Positions 18,192 to 29,246 of a stretch of 64,000 nt of DNA are shown piece after piece. The position numbers and the translations under genes are program-made. Source of the DNA: Candidatus Krumholzibacteriota bacterium (GTDB lineage Bacteria; Krumholzibacteriota; Krumholzibacteriia; Krumholzibacteriales; Krumholzibacteriaceae); NCBI GenBank assembly GCA_041309605.1, contig JBFYZH010000061.1, forward strand, positions 7,122 to 71,121. Direction: 5' to 3'. Every line of letters begins with the position of its first letter. The stretch's first letter is position 1. The notes below the pieces were generated by a model, which worked only from the letters and a program-made list of their open reading frames with translations, was not told the origin of the DNA and did not search any database.

Positions 18192-20210
18192 ATGAAGGAA
18201 AGATTAATATTAACCTTCGCCCTGGCCCTGGTGATGCTTTTCCAGGCACGATCTTCCGCCGGGCAGGAAGGGTCGGAGGGCGTAAAAGCTGAATCGGAGG
18301 AGATCGATCTCTACGAGCTTCTCGGTAACATGGAAGTCGAGGCGGTTTCGAAATTCATCCAGCTGCGCCGCGACGCGTCGGCAAACGTCACCGTCATAAC
18401 GCACGAGGAGATCGAGGAGCTCGGGTATCGGACGATCGGCGAGGTCCTGGCCGGAATCACGGGATTTCACATCGACTATGACAGGAATTATCAGTATATC
18501 GGCTCCAGGGGGCTGGCCTTTGTCGGCGATTATAATTCCAGGATCGTTATCCTGATCAACGGCCACAGCATGAAAAAAGCCATCGATCTTTCCACTCCGA
18601 TCGGAACCGATTTCGGGCTGGACCTCGAGAATATCCAGTCCGTCGAGGTGGTCAAGGGGCCGGCGTCCATCATGCACGGCTCGAGCTCCATCTTCGCCGT
18701 TGTCAACATCAAGACCTTCACCGGAGAAAGCTCTTCCACGGACATGGTGCAGGCTGAATACGGAAGCTTCGACCATCTAAAGGGGTCCTTCCGGACGCGG
18801 CATGTTCTTCCTCACGGAATCGGAATGACGTTGAGTCTTTCGGCCATGGACCGCGAAGGGGACGACCTCTATTATCCAGAATACGACGACCCTCTGACGA
18901 ACGACGGAATGGCCGCCGGCATGGACGGCGAAGGATACCGGCGGATCTATTCGACCATTTCACGGAAAAACCTGTTTTTTCATGCCCTCTGGAATTCCAG
19001 GGAGAAATCCATACCCACCGGGTCCTATGAGACGATATTCAACGATCCCGACAACAGCTCGACGGACAGGCAGTCGTTTATCGAACTGAAATACAAGATG
19101 GAAATTCATCCGGGACACGATATAAGGGCCCGGGTATTTCATGACACCAATTATTACACCGGCCGCTACGATTACGATGAAGAGGGCTCCGAGGTCGAAT
19201 CGAGGGATTACTATGACGCCAAAAGCTACGGTGGTGAAGCGTCGTACTTCGCCGGCCTGTTGAAGGGAAACCTGTTCGGCACCGGCCTTGAATTCCAGCG
19301 CAATTACAGGGTCCGCCAGTGGGGATGGTACGGCGGGCCGGAGGATCTTTATGTCGACGAAAATCCGACCTACGACAACTGGGCCGTCTGGCTCAACGAT
19401 AACCACGCGATCAGCAGCGCCATTTCGGTAGAGGCCGGAATCAGGTACGATTCATACAGCACCTTCGGAAGCGCCACGAGCTACAGGGGAGCCCTGATCC
19501 TGAACCCGCTGCCCGCCACTTCGGTCAAGCTCATCACGGGAAGAGGGTTCAGAGCGCCGAGCCCGTACGAGATGTATTATACCGACGAATCGACCATGGC
19601 TCCCAACCGCGAACTCGAAGCCGAACAGATATCGACCTTCGAGGCGATAGTCGAGCAGGGGGTCGGGGAGAGGATTCTCCTGACCCTTGCGGCATACCGG
19701 CACAAAATGGAAGATGCCATAGTCGAGACCTCCATAACAAGTCCATACGACGAGACCGACAATGTGACGCAATTCAACAATCTTGAGGAATTCGCCGCCC
19801 ACGGAATCGAGATCGGCGCCGATTTCGTCCTGCCCGGAAACACGAGGTTGAAAGGCGCATACGCCTGGCAGGACGCCGGCGAACACGTACCCGAATTGAT
19901 GGTGAATTCGCCCGCGAACCTGGCGACGGCGTCCGTCAGAATACCCGTATTCCGCGGCCGCGGCGTCATGGCCGCCGAAACAAGATTTGTGGGCGGGCGC
20001 AGGACATTGGCCGGAACGATGACGGATGAATATTCCGTCACGAACGCAACCTTCACCCTTCGCGACATCGCCGGCCGTCTCGACCTGTTTTTCAGCGTCT
20101 ATAATCTGTTCGACGAGGAGTATTTCTCGGTCGTACACGCGAATCATATACAGGATGTAATAGCACAGGACGGCACGACCCTCAGGTTGAAGGCGGAATT
20201 GAGGTTCTGA
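18192..20210 (+). CDS. TonB-dependent receptor
   Basis: Signal peptide; plug (VTVITHEEIEELGYRTIGEVL; IQSVEVVKGPASIMHGSSSIFAVVNIKT); C-terminal VYNLFDEEY...GTTLRLKAELRF. Confidence 0.93.
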   Translation: MKERLILTFALALVMLFQARSSAGQEGSEGVKAESEEIDLYELLGNMEVEAVSKFIQLRRDASANVTVITHEEIEELGYRTIGEVLAGITGFHIDYDRNYQYIGSRGLAFVGDYNSRIVILINGHSMKKAIDLSTPIGTDFGLDLENIQSVEVVKGPASIMHGSSSIFAVVNIKTFTGESSSTDMVQAEYGSFDHLKGSFRTRHVLPHGIGMTLSLSAMDREGDDLYYPEYDDPLTNDGMAAGMDGEGYRRIYSTISRKNLFFHALWNSREKSIPTGSYETIFNDPDNSSTDRQSFIELKYKMEIHPGHDIRARVFHDTNYYTGRYDYDEEGSEVESRDYYDAKSYGGEASYFAGLLKGNLFGTGLEFQRNYRVRQWGWYGGPEDLYVDENPTYDNWAVWLNDNHAISSAISVEAGIRYDSYSTFGSATSYRGALILNPLPATSVKLITGRGFRAPSPYEMYYTDESTMAPNRELEAEQISTFEAIVEQGVGERILLTLAAYRHKMEDAIVETSITSPYDETDNVTQFNNLEEFAAHGIEIGADFVLPGNTRLKGAYAWQDAGEHVPELMVNSPANLATASVRIPVFRGRGVMAAETRFVGGRRTLAGTMTDEYSVTNATFTLRDIAGRLDLFFSVYNLFDEEYFSVVHANHIQDVIAQDGTTLRLKAELRF

Positions 20211-20213
20211 TCG

Positions 20214-20804
20214 ATGGGCATGACTAGAACAACCAGAAAGCTGTCGATACTTGCCGCCGCGCTTTTCACCATTTCCGTCCCGCTGCAGGCTCAGGATAAT
20301 GCCATGCCGTCCCCCGAATCCCAGTTACTTCTTTTCTTCAAGGTCCTCACTTATGACAGGAATATCCTGGAGACGGCGCGAGGCGACCTGATGAACATCG
20401 GCGTTCTTCTTCCTCCGGAAGGGGACGATTCGGACTGGGCGAAGGCATCCACAAAACTGGATTCTATCGCGGTTAACCACACGTTCAGGGGAAAACATGT
20501 CAGGCTGAACTTCCACAGGTACGACGGCCCCGGGGCTGTTCAATCATGGCTGTCTTCGCATTCGTTCTCGGCGATCGTTTATGCGATCCCCGTCGACAGG
20601 ATCGACGGAAAAATTCTTTCCCGGATAGAATCGATGAAAATCCGTTCATGCGCCTCGCAGCACGAAAAACTGGCAAAAGGGGCGCTGATCACGCTTTACT
20701 TCGAAACCACAAAACCCGAGATCGTCATAAACCTTGGGATCTCTAAAAAGATGCAATGCGATTTCAGTTCCAACCTTCTTAAGATCGCCCGATTGATTGA
20801 ATGA
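20214..20804 (+). CDS. YfiR/HmsC-family (DUF4154-like) periplasmic protein
   Basis: Signal peptide; LLLFFKVLTYD; C-terminal KPEIVINLGISKKMQCDFSSNLLKIARLI resembles the YfiR C-terminus; 3 nt after the TBDR. Confidence 0.7.
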   Translation: MGMTRTTRKLSILAAALFTISVPLQAQDNAMPSPESQLLLFFKVLTYDRNILETARGDLMNIGVLLPPEGDDSDWAKASTKLDSIAVNHTFRGKHVRLNFHRYDGPGAVQSWLSSHSFSAIVYAIPVDRIDGKILSRIESMKIRSCASQHEKLAKGALITLYFETTKPEIVINLGISKKMQCDFSSNLLKIARLIE

Positions 20805-20935
20805 CCGGGCCTTCCCCCCGCGCGAATGCCCGCCACCGGGCCCGGCATGCTCCTCCCCCCTTTTTTGCGCACGCCGCCTTCCCACCCCGCGAATTCCGCC
20901 CCGCATCGAATATCCGACTTTTCGTTTTTCTCGAA

Positions 20936-20964
20936 TTGCGGAAAGCCGGGAAAAGCGGTATCAT
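20936..20964 (+). promoter_or_regulatory. Possible sigma-70 promoter of ettA
   Basis: TTGCGG-N17-TATCAT upstream of ATG 21021. Confidence 0.4.
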
Positions 20965-21020
20965 TCGGCTCGCGTAAAAACCGTGACTGTTTTCCGGCAA
21001 TTATTTAATGGAGTTGAACA

Positions 21021-22706
<1,686 letters not shown>

Positions 22707-22764
22707 TATCGGCGGTCGCCGGCCGCCCTGTCGAAAACAAAGCGGTCAACGATCCTCGATGGCT

Positions 22765-24267
22765 CTACGATTTAGTCTCGTCCAATTCTTTCAGTTCGGC
22801 AAGTTGTTTCGGGTAGCTTCTCGCGGCGATGTCATGCCAGAGTTCCGCGCCCTTTATCCCGCAGCGTTCCGGCACGAAGACCGGATCGAGCCTCATCCTC
22901 TTCTGCGACTCGTAATCCCTCAATGTCGCGATCCCTGGCTTTGTCAGAAGCAGGATGACGATCACGTTGAACCAGGCCATCGCCCCAACCCCGGCGGAAC
23001 CGAAATTCCAGACCACGTCGGCAGACATGATCGTGCTGATGAACACCATGAATACTATTACGACCCTCGATACGGTCAGTGTCGCCTTGTAGCCCCTCCC
23101 GCCGCTGTTGTTCCTGAAGAGGTACCCCACGTTGGAATCGGTGTAGAAGGCGTATGCGAGAACCGTCGTGAAGGTGAAAAAAAACAGGGCGGCCGCGACG
23201 AAGCCCCCGCCGAAGCCCGGGATAAACGAATTCACCGCGGCCTGGGTGAAATTGCCGCTCACCGTGCCCGGCAGATTTTCCACGATGAATCCGCCCGATG
23301 GATCGGCGGTATTGAACGCGTCAGTCGTGAGTATCATTATCGCCGTCGCCGAGCAGACGAACAGCGTGTCGACGTAAACGGAGAAGGCCTGTACCAGGCC
23401 CTGCTTGGCCGGGTGCGACACCTCGGCCGCGCCTGCAGCCTGCGCCCCCGTGCCCTGGCCGGCCTCGTTGGAAAAGATCCCTCTCTTTACGCCCCAGCTT
23501 ACCGCCAGGCCGAATATCGCCCCGTATACCGCGTTCATGTCGAACGCGCAGCTGAATATCAGGCCGAAGACGTACGGTATCCTGCCCGCGTTGACGAACA
23601 GGATGACCAGCGAAAGAAGTATGTACCCGATCGCCATGAACGGCACGATCATCCCGGCAGCCCTCGCGATCCTCCTGCCCCCTCCGAATATGATGAAGGC
23701 GACAAGGCCCGCGTAAAGAACCGCCATGTAAATGGGCATTATCCCGAAAGCGCCTTTCGCGGCGACGGCGAAGGAGTTCGACTGGATGCCGGGAAGAAGG
23801 ATGCCGCAGGATACGAGCGTAAGGACGGCGAAGGCGGCTCCAAGTTTCCGGCTGCCGAGACCCTTCTCGATGTAGTATGCGGGACCTCCGCGATACTCGC
23901 CGTGTATGTCCTCTTTCCAGACCTGCGCGAGAGCCGATTCTATATAGGCCGATCCCGCCCCGAGAAAGGCGATCGCCCACATCCAGAAAACGGCGCCGGG
24001 GCCGCCGAAGAATATCGCGCTCGCGACACCGGTGATGTTTCCCGTGCCGACGCGCCCGCCGAGCGCCATGGCGAACCCCTGGAAGGACGAAACGCCCTGT
24101 TCGGAGCTTTTACCCCTGAAGAGCTGCCCCACCATGTCCCTTATAAGGCGAATCTGCGGGAATCTCATCAGTATGGAAAAATAGATGCCTGCGCTGAGGC
24201 AGAGGTAGACCATGATCTTTCCCCAGAAAAAGCCGTCCACCTTTGCCGACACATTCAACAGGTCCAT
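22765..24267 (-). CDS. alsT: Sodium:alanine/glycine symporter (AGCS family)
   Basis: SSFQGFAMALGGRVGTGNITGVA, GGPGAVFWMW, YRGGPAYYIEKGL, GVKRGIFSNEAGQGT, SHPAKQGLVQ. Confidence 0.95.
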   Translation of the reverse strand: MDLLNVSAKVDGFFWGKIMVYLCLSAGIYFSILMRFPQIRLIRDMVGQLFRGKSSEQGVSSFQGFAMALGGRVGTGNITGVASAIFFGGPGAVFWMWAIAFLGAGSAYIESALAQVWKEDIHGEYRGGPAYYIEKGLGSRKLGAAFAVLTLVSCGILLPGIQSNSFAVAAKGAFGIMPIYMAVLYAGLVAFIIFGGGRRIARAAGMIVPFMAIGYILLSLVILFVNAGRIPYVFGLIFSCAFDMNAVYGAIFGLAVSWGVKRGIFSNEAGQGTGAQAAGAAEVSHPAKQGLVQAFSVYVDTLFVCSATAIMILTTDAFNTADPSGGFIVENLPGTVSGNFTQAAVNSFIPGFGGGFVAAALFFFTFTTVLAYAFYTDSNVGYLFRNNSGGRGYKATLTVSRVVIVFMVFISTIMSADVVWNFGSAGVGAMAWFNVIVILLLTKPGIATLRDYESQKRMRLDPVFVPERCGIKGAELWHDIAARSYPKQLAELKELDETKS

Positions 24268-24288
24268 ACGTTCGCTTCCTTAAAACGA

Positions 24289-24321
24289 CTTGGGAACCCC
24301 CTTCCGCAGGGGGTTCCCAAG
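24289..24321. terminator. Stem-loop, probable terminator after the CsgG-OmpA gene
   Basis: CTTGGGAACCCCCT-tccgc-AGGGGGTTCCCAAG, perfect 14-bp stem. Confidence 0.7.
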
Positions 24322-24346
24322 CACTTCCAAAATCGACGCGGTCGTT

Positions 24347-26122
24347 CTATAATTTCACGAGTTCTACGCGGCGGTTGTTCGCCTTGCCCTCCGGCGTCGC
24401 ATTGGAGTCGATCGGTTTGTCCTCGCCGAAACCCTTCGTCTGCAGGCGCGAGACGTCGATCTGATACTGATCGACAAGGTACGCCTTGACCGACGAAGAC
24501 CTGCGGTCGCTCAATCCCTGGTTGTAGGCCGTTTCGCCGTCACCGTCCGTATGCCCTTCGATCGACAACCTCAGGTTCGGATCGTCCGACATCAGCTTTC
24601 CTATTTCGGCCAGGGTCTTGTACGATTCGGCCTTGATAACGTCCGAGTCGTGGTCGAAAAGTATCCCGTGCGTGACGATCTTTCCCGTTTCGTCGAGCTG
24701 TTCGCGCATCGACTTGCCGCCTTCGGCCACGCGGAAGGTCCCGAGAAGCTGCGGGTTCCCCTGTTCCTCCCACGAGTCGCAGTAGATCTGCAGATTCCTC
24801 GGTTCGAAATACTCGATCTCGGGGATATTGGCGACCCTTTCATGATCGATGAAACACTTCATCGTCGTTTTGGTCGCCATAATCCGCATCGTGTGAAACC
24901 CCTTGCCCAGCCTGTTCTCGAACGATTTCGAGGAAAGCTCCTTGTCGAACACTGAAACGCTCGCGCTGGAAAGGTCCGCCAGGGCGAACTGGCCGATCTT
25001 TTCGTCGTCCTTGCCGAGAATGTATATATAATAGTCGTTTCCGTGTATGTCCGCTCCGTTGCTGTAAATCTCGAGCTCGACCGTGAATTTCGGCGGAAGA
25101 GTGTTTTTCATTTTTGGAGCTATCATACCCTTGCTCGTGCAGAGAATGACGTTCTTTTCGCCCTTCGAAGCCACCTCGAAGACTCCCTCGACCAGGGACC
25201 ATTTCGACGGAAACTCGCCCTGTTCCTCTCCCGACAGGTCGTCATAGAAGATCACCTTGTCTCCCGGGATGAAATCGTACTTCGTGTACAGTTTCATGTC
25301 CTGGGCCCTGACAGCCCCGCCGGACGAGCCGCCGGAAGCCTCCGCGTCACCTCCGCCCCCGCCGGAACCGGATTTGCCCGAAGAGGCGCCGTACTCCTTC
25401 GAATATTCCCCTTTTCCCTTGTAACGGTAGTATTCGTCCGGCATGTCCTTGCTTATCTTTTCGACGGCCTTGGCGAGAACCTCGCGGACCGCCTTCTCCA
25501 TCGGCTGGTTGGAGAACACCCCCAGCGCTCCGCCCATCGCGACGTCCTCGACGAAACCGCCCCCTTCCATATCGGTCGCCCAGCTTGTCGACTGTCCCTC
25601 GAGGGACATCGCCTTGATTATCCGGCGCGTCCGGATATCGATTATCTTGAGATCGATAAGGATCTTCGCCGTCTTTGTCTCGAGGCCGGCCTTTCCGAAA
25701 GCCTTTTTCTTGATGGCTCCGAACGCTCCGCCGCCTCCGGAAGCCTCCGGCTCGAACCCCGTGACCGCGCCGGTGATCAGAACGTCGGCCCCCTCCATCA
25801 CTCCCTTGTCGGCTCCGCGCCCCTCCTCGACGTATTCCGATTCGCCGAGCTCGATTTCATCGACGAGCTCCTCGACCTCCTCCTGGCTGGCGAGGACGAT
25901 GAACTTTTCGCAGTTTGCAAGAGCGGTCGACAGCATTTCGCCTATCGCCGCGGCCATCTCGTAATCGCAGTCGTCCGCCTTAGTCTTGATGGTGCCCACA
26001 GTGATGCGGGCTTTGTTCCCCTGGTAGGTGACCTTGTCGGTCATCCCGTCCGCGACCGCCGCGGCCAGGATGACCAGCGCGATCATAAGAACCGCATTGG
26101 CCTTCGGAAAAGTCAGTTTCAT
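24347..26122 (-). CDS. CsgG/HfaB-like domain - Gly/Ser linker - beta-sandwich - OmpA-like peptidoglycan-binding domain fusion
   Basis: Signal peptide; CsgG-like GEMLSTAL...ADVLITGAVTGFE...IDLKIIDIRTRRII...EG; C-terminal OmpA HGILFDHDSD...IEGHTDGDG...NQGLSDRRS.SV...GFGEDKPI...NRRVEL. Confidence 0.85.
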   Translation of the reverse strand: MKLTFPKANAVLMIALVILAAAVADGMTDKVTYQGNKARITVGTIKTKADDCDYEMAAAIGEMLSTALANCEKFIVLASQEEVEELVDEIELGESEYVEEGRGADKGVMEGADVLITGAVTGFEPEASGGGGAFGAIKKKAFGKAGLETKTAKILIDLKIIDIRTRRIIKAMSLEGQSTSWATDMEGGGFVEDVAMGGALGVFSNQPMEKAVREVLAKAVEKISKDMPDEYYRYKGKGEYSKEYGASSGKSGSGGGGGDAEASGGSSGGAVRAQDMKLYTKYDFIPGDKVIFYDDLSGEEQGEFPSKWSLVEGVFEVASKGEKNVILCTSKGMIAPKMKNTLPPKFTVELEIYSNGADIHGNDYYIYILGKDDEKIGQFALADLSSASVSVFDKELSSKSFENRLGKGFHTMRIMATKTTMKCFIDHERVANIPEIEYFEPRNLQIYCDSWEEQGNPQLLGTFRVAEGGKSMREQLDETGKIVTHGILFDHDSDVIKAESYKTLAEIGKLMSDDPNLRLSIEGHTDGDGETAYNQGLSDRRSSSVKAYLVDQYQIDVSRLQTKGFGEDKPIDSNATPEGKANNRRVELVKL

Positions 26123-26185
26123 CTTTGAACCCTCCTTATTCCCAGTGAAATGAATTGTTTAAATAGAGAGCCGTTGACGGGTGAA

Positions 26186-26215
26186 ACTATAGAAATTGAA
26201 GGGGACGGGTGTCAA
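26186..26215 (-). promoter_or_regulatory. Putative sigma-70 promoter for the CsgG-OmpA gene
   Basis: Minus strand TTGACA-N18-TATAGT. Confidence 0.5.
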
Positions 26216-26240
26216 TACAATTGTGGAGAGCAAGTTCGCA

Positions 26241-27485
26241 TCAGCGCTTTATCGACCTGATCCGTACAAGAAGCTCTGACGCCGACTTGCCCGTCTCCTC
26301 GAATTTTGCCGCCCGCTCGAGGTGCCGCTCGGCATCGCCGATCCGTCCAAGTTCATACGCGCAATATCCCATCATGAGATCCGGACGCCCCCGGGTGCTG
26401 TCCATGTCGGCGCTTTTTTGATAGGCCGAGTATGCGCGTTCGAACGAGCGCTCCATGAGGTGCAGATCGCCGAGCAGGCTCCACAGGCGTGACGTGGGTT
26501 CATTTTCGATGGCCCTTTCCAGCGTCCCCAGCGCCGCGCCGAATTCGTATGAAGCGAGATATGCGGAGGCGAGCCTTTCGTAATCCTCGGTCCGCACGGT
26601 GTCACCGAAAGCCTGCTCGTAACACCGGCTCGCCCGGGCCGGAACTCCGACGGCCGTGAATAGATCCCCCAACGTTCGAGCCTCGTCGCGCGAAAGGGGC
26701 TTCAGATAGTCAGCGATCAGGAGCGCGGAGGCGGCGCCCCGGTAATCCTTCATGCTGGCGAAATACTGATACGCGAGACGCCAGGCGTCGGGATTCGAAT
26801 GATACTCGTCCACGAGACGTTCGACGGCTCTTACTCCTCTTTCCAGATCGTTCGCGTCGCCGCACGCGGCCAGATATGTGCGAAACCATTCCAGCCTCGG
26901 CTGCGATCCGGCGGCGGAAAGGAGCCTGTCGAGAATATCCAGCGCCCTGGCGGAATCCTTCGAAAGATAATACGCGGTCGCCGCGTAGTAGAGAAGATCC
27001 GGCGTCTTGTGTTCGTCGAGTTCGTACCCCCGCAGAAAAGCGCCGCTGGCTATATTGAAACTTCCCAGATTGAAGGCCGTCTCCCCGAGTTTCATCCACG
27101 CGGGAGCAAACAGCGAATCCAATTCGACGCATTTCATAAAATGATCGAGCGATTTTTCCGGCTCCCCCATTTGCGTGTAGCTCAGGGCGAGATAGTATCT
27201 TGCCAGATAATTGTCGTCTTGTTTATTCTTTGACAGGAATTCATAAAGAATATCCGCGGATTCGGCGTATTTTCCCTCGTCGCGTTTTTCCTGCGCCCTG
27301 AAAAGCGCCAGGCGCGCCTTGAGTGGAAGCGCCGAAATACGATCCGTGGATTGGGATGTTTCCCCATGTGCGGTATTCGTCGCGCCCCGGGGGGGGGCAA
27401 GCGCGAGCAGCGATGCAAACGCCGCCCATAGCAACGGCATCGCGCCGCGTGTCCGTTTCTTCCGATCCTGTCCTTTTTCGTCCAT
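26241..27485 (-). CDS. TPR protein, TtpD-like component of a TonB2-type cluster
   Basis: Probable start ATG 27485; hydrophobic signal-like stretch; multiple TPRs (LARYYLALSY, AWMKLGETAF, LWSLLGDLH); follows tonB. Confidence 0.82.
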   Translation of the reverse strand: MDEKGQDRKKRTRGAMPLLWAAFASLLALAPPRGATNTAHGETSQSTDRISALPLKARLALFRAQEKRDEGKYAESADILYEFLSKNKQDDNYLARYYLALSYTQMGEPEKSLDHFMKCVELDSLFAPAWMKLGETAFNLGSFNIASGAFLRGYELDEHKTPDLLYYAATAYYLSKDSARALDILDRLLSAAGSQPRLEWFRTYLAACGDANDLERGVRAVERLVDEYHSNPDAWRLAYQYFASMKDYRGAASALLIADYLKPLSRDEARTLGDLFTAVGVPARASRCYEQAFGDTVRTEDYERLASAYLASYEFGAALGTLERAIENEPTSRLWSLLGDLHLMERSFERAYSAYQKSADMDSTRGRPDLMMGYCAYELGRIGDAERHLERAAKFEETGKSASELLVRIRSIKR

Positions 27486-27578
27486 CTGTTCTTCCTTCCG
27501 GACCCGCGGTCGGTGTCCTGGGAGGCCGGGAAACCCGCCGTCCGGCAATCCGCGGGTTTGCGGATCTGCCGGCGGTTC

Positions 27579-28208
27579 CTAGTCGTCGAGGTTGAACTGT
27601 ATGGTCGTCACGACCCATGCCGCGACGGCTCTTCCTTCGATCTTGCCCGGATTGAACCGCCACTGCGGCACAGTCCGCTTCACGGCCTCCTCGAAAATTC
27701 CCGGAGGGCGCGATTCGAGCACCTGGACCTGCCCCACGCTTCCATCGGGATTTATCAGCATCCGCACCTGCACGGCCCCCTCTATGCTTTTTTCACGGGC
27801 CTGGTACGGATAGAGAGGCGGAACGCGCACTATCGCCCTCGGCGCCTGATCGAGTTCGTACGACTCGAATACGAGATTTTCGGAGACGGCCGTCTCAGCC
27901 ATCCTGCCGATATCGATCGCTATACCTACGCCCAGATCTCCGAATCCGCTCGTGACCTCGGGCTGAAAAAGATCCGGAGCCATGTCGATATTTTCACTCG
28001 GTTCCGGTTTCTCCGCCTCCACGGCCGGTTCCTCGGCGGGAGGCTCGGGCACGGCGAGATCGATCAGATCGATGCCCACCGGATTGGTTATATCCTGCCT
28101 TGCGCTTTTCTGATTGGCGAGTACTGTTGCGATCACGATTATGGAGACGTTTATGACGATCGAAATCGCCAGCGCAGGCAGAGCCCATCCTTTCGCGCGC
28201 CGGCTCAT
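27579..28208 (-). CDS. tonB: Energy transducer TonB
   Basis: N-terminal TM, Pro/Glu spacer, C-terminal PLYPYQAREKSIEGAVQVRMLINPDGSV...FEEAVKRTVPQWRFNPG. Confidence 0.93.
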   Translation of the reverse strand: MSRRAKGWALPALAISIVINVSIIVIATVLANQKSARQDITNPVGIDLIDLAVPEPPAEEPAVEAEKPEPSENIDMAPDLFQPEVTSGFGDLGVGIAIDIGRMAETAVSENLVFESYELDQAPRAIVRVPPLYPYQAREKSIEGAVQVRMLINPDGSVGQVQVLESRPPGIFEEAVKRTVPQWRFNPGKIEGRAVAAWVVTTIQFNLDD

Positions 28209-28627
28209 CAGGAACCTTCCTCCCGATTTGCCGCGAGGCTTACGTTCTCAGCCCCGGCAAGCCTGCACTGATCCATCACCTTTACGACGGCTCCCGTCAT
28301 GCTCCGCTTGTCGGCGACAACCACCACGCCGCTGCCCGGATCTTCCGCGAGCGCCCTCTCGATGAGACCGCGCACGCTCCGAATATCGACCTTCTTCCCG
28401 CCCATGTACACTTCGCCGTCGTTCGATACGCCGATCATAATGCTGCCCCGCTCCTTCACCTCGGCGGTCGCGGCGCTCGCGCGCTGCACGTCTATGCCGG
28501 CTTCCTTTACGAAGCTCGTCGTGACTGCAAAAAAGATGAGAAGCAGAAAAACCATGTCGATCAGGGGGGCCATGTTCAACTCGACCGAGTCCCCCTTCCC
28601 GCGAATCGATTTACGCACATTGATCAT
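28208..28627 (-). CDS. exbD: Biopolymer transport protein ExbD
   Basis: ELNMAPLIDMVFLLLIFFAVTTSF with conserved Asp; VVADKRS.TG.VV.VMD. Confidence 0.95.
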   Translation of the reverse strand: MINVRKSIRGKGDSVELNMAPLIDMVFLLLIFFAVTTSFVKEAGIDVQRASAATAEVKERGSIMIGVSNDGEVYMGGKKVDIRSVRGLIERALAEDPGSGVVVVADKRSMTGAVVKVMDQCRLAGAENVSLAANREEGS

Positions 28628-28631
28628 GCCG

Positions 28632-29246
28632 TCAAACCTCCCGGGTACCGCTGTTTTTTATTGCGCGGTCGAAAATGGCAAGGTCCTGTTCGAGCTGTGT
28701 TTTTAATTGCGACGAGGCCCGCCGGAGCGTGGATGCCAGAAAGAGCCCCGGAATGGCGACAAGAAGACCGGTTTCCGTGGTGATGAGCGCGACTGATATC
28801 CCGTTCGCCATCGCCTTGGCGTTCCCCGTTCCGAATACGGCTATCACGTTAAATGTCTCTATCATCCCGATCACCGTACCGAGAAGCCCCAGAAGCGGCG
28901 CGACGGCGGCCAGCATCGTAATGACCGACAACCTCTTGTCGAGCGCGGACCGTTCAAGCATCGCGCGGTGTTTCAGCACCCTTCTGTCGATGCCGGATAT
29001 GCCGGAACGCTCCTCGATGAACCCGCGCATAATGCGCGTTCGAAATCCTCCTCCGGTTCCCGTAAAAACCCCGCTCCTGATCGCGGCGAGAGCATCCTCG
29101 ATCGAAGTGTCGCCGTGCCTCAATTCGCGCACGGCGTGCATACGTTCGATTATGAACGCCCACATGAAGATCGAGCAGACCGCTATCGGAAACATCACCC
29201 AGCCGCCCTTCAGGAAATACTCGATCGATTTAGCGAGAAGCTCCAT
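28632..29246 (-). CDS. exbB: MotA/TolQ/ExbB proton channel protein
   Basis: Probable start ATG 29246; AAVAPLLGLLGTVIGMIETF, GISVALITTETGLLVAIP. Confidence 0.93.
   Translation of the reverse strand: MELLAKSIEYFLKGGWVMFPIAVCSIFMWAFIIERMHAVRELRHGDTSIEDALAAIRSGVFTGTGGGFRTRIMRGFIEERSGISGIDRRVLKHRAMLERSALDKRLSVITMLAAVAPLLGLLGTVIGMIETFNVIAVFGTGNAKAMANGISVALITTETGLLVAIPGLFLASTLRRASSQLKTQLEQDLAIFDRAIKNSGTREV

Noticed and set aside
25310-25390. GC-rich low-complexity tract
   Set aside because: It encodes the Gly/Ser linker of the CsgG-OmpA protein.
24347-26122. Curli biogenesis locus
   Set aside because: No CsgA/B-like repeat proteins or CsgE/F nearby; only a CsgG-like domain in a fusion.
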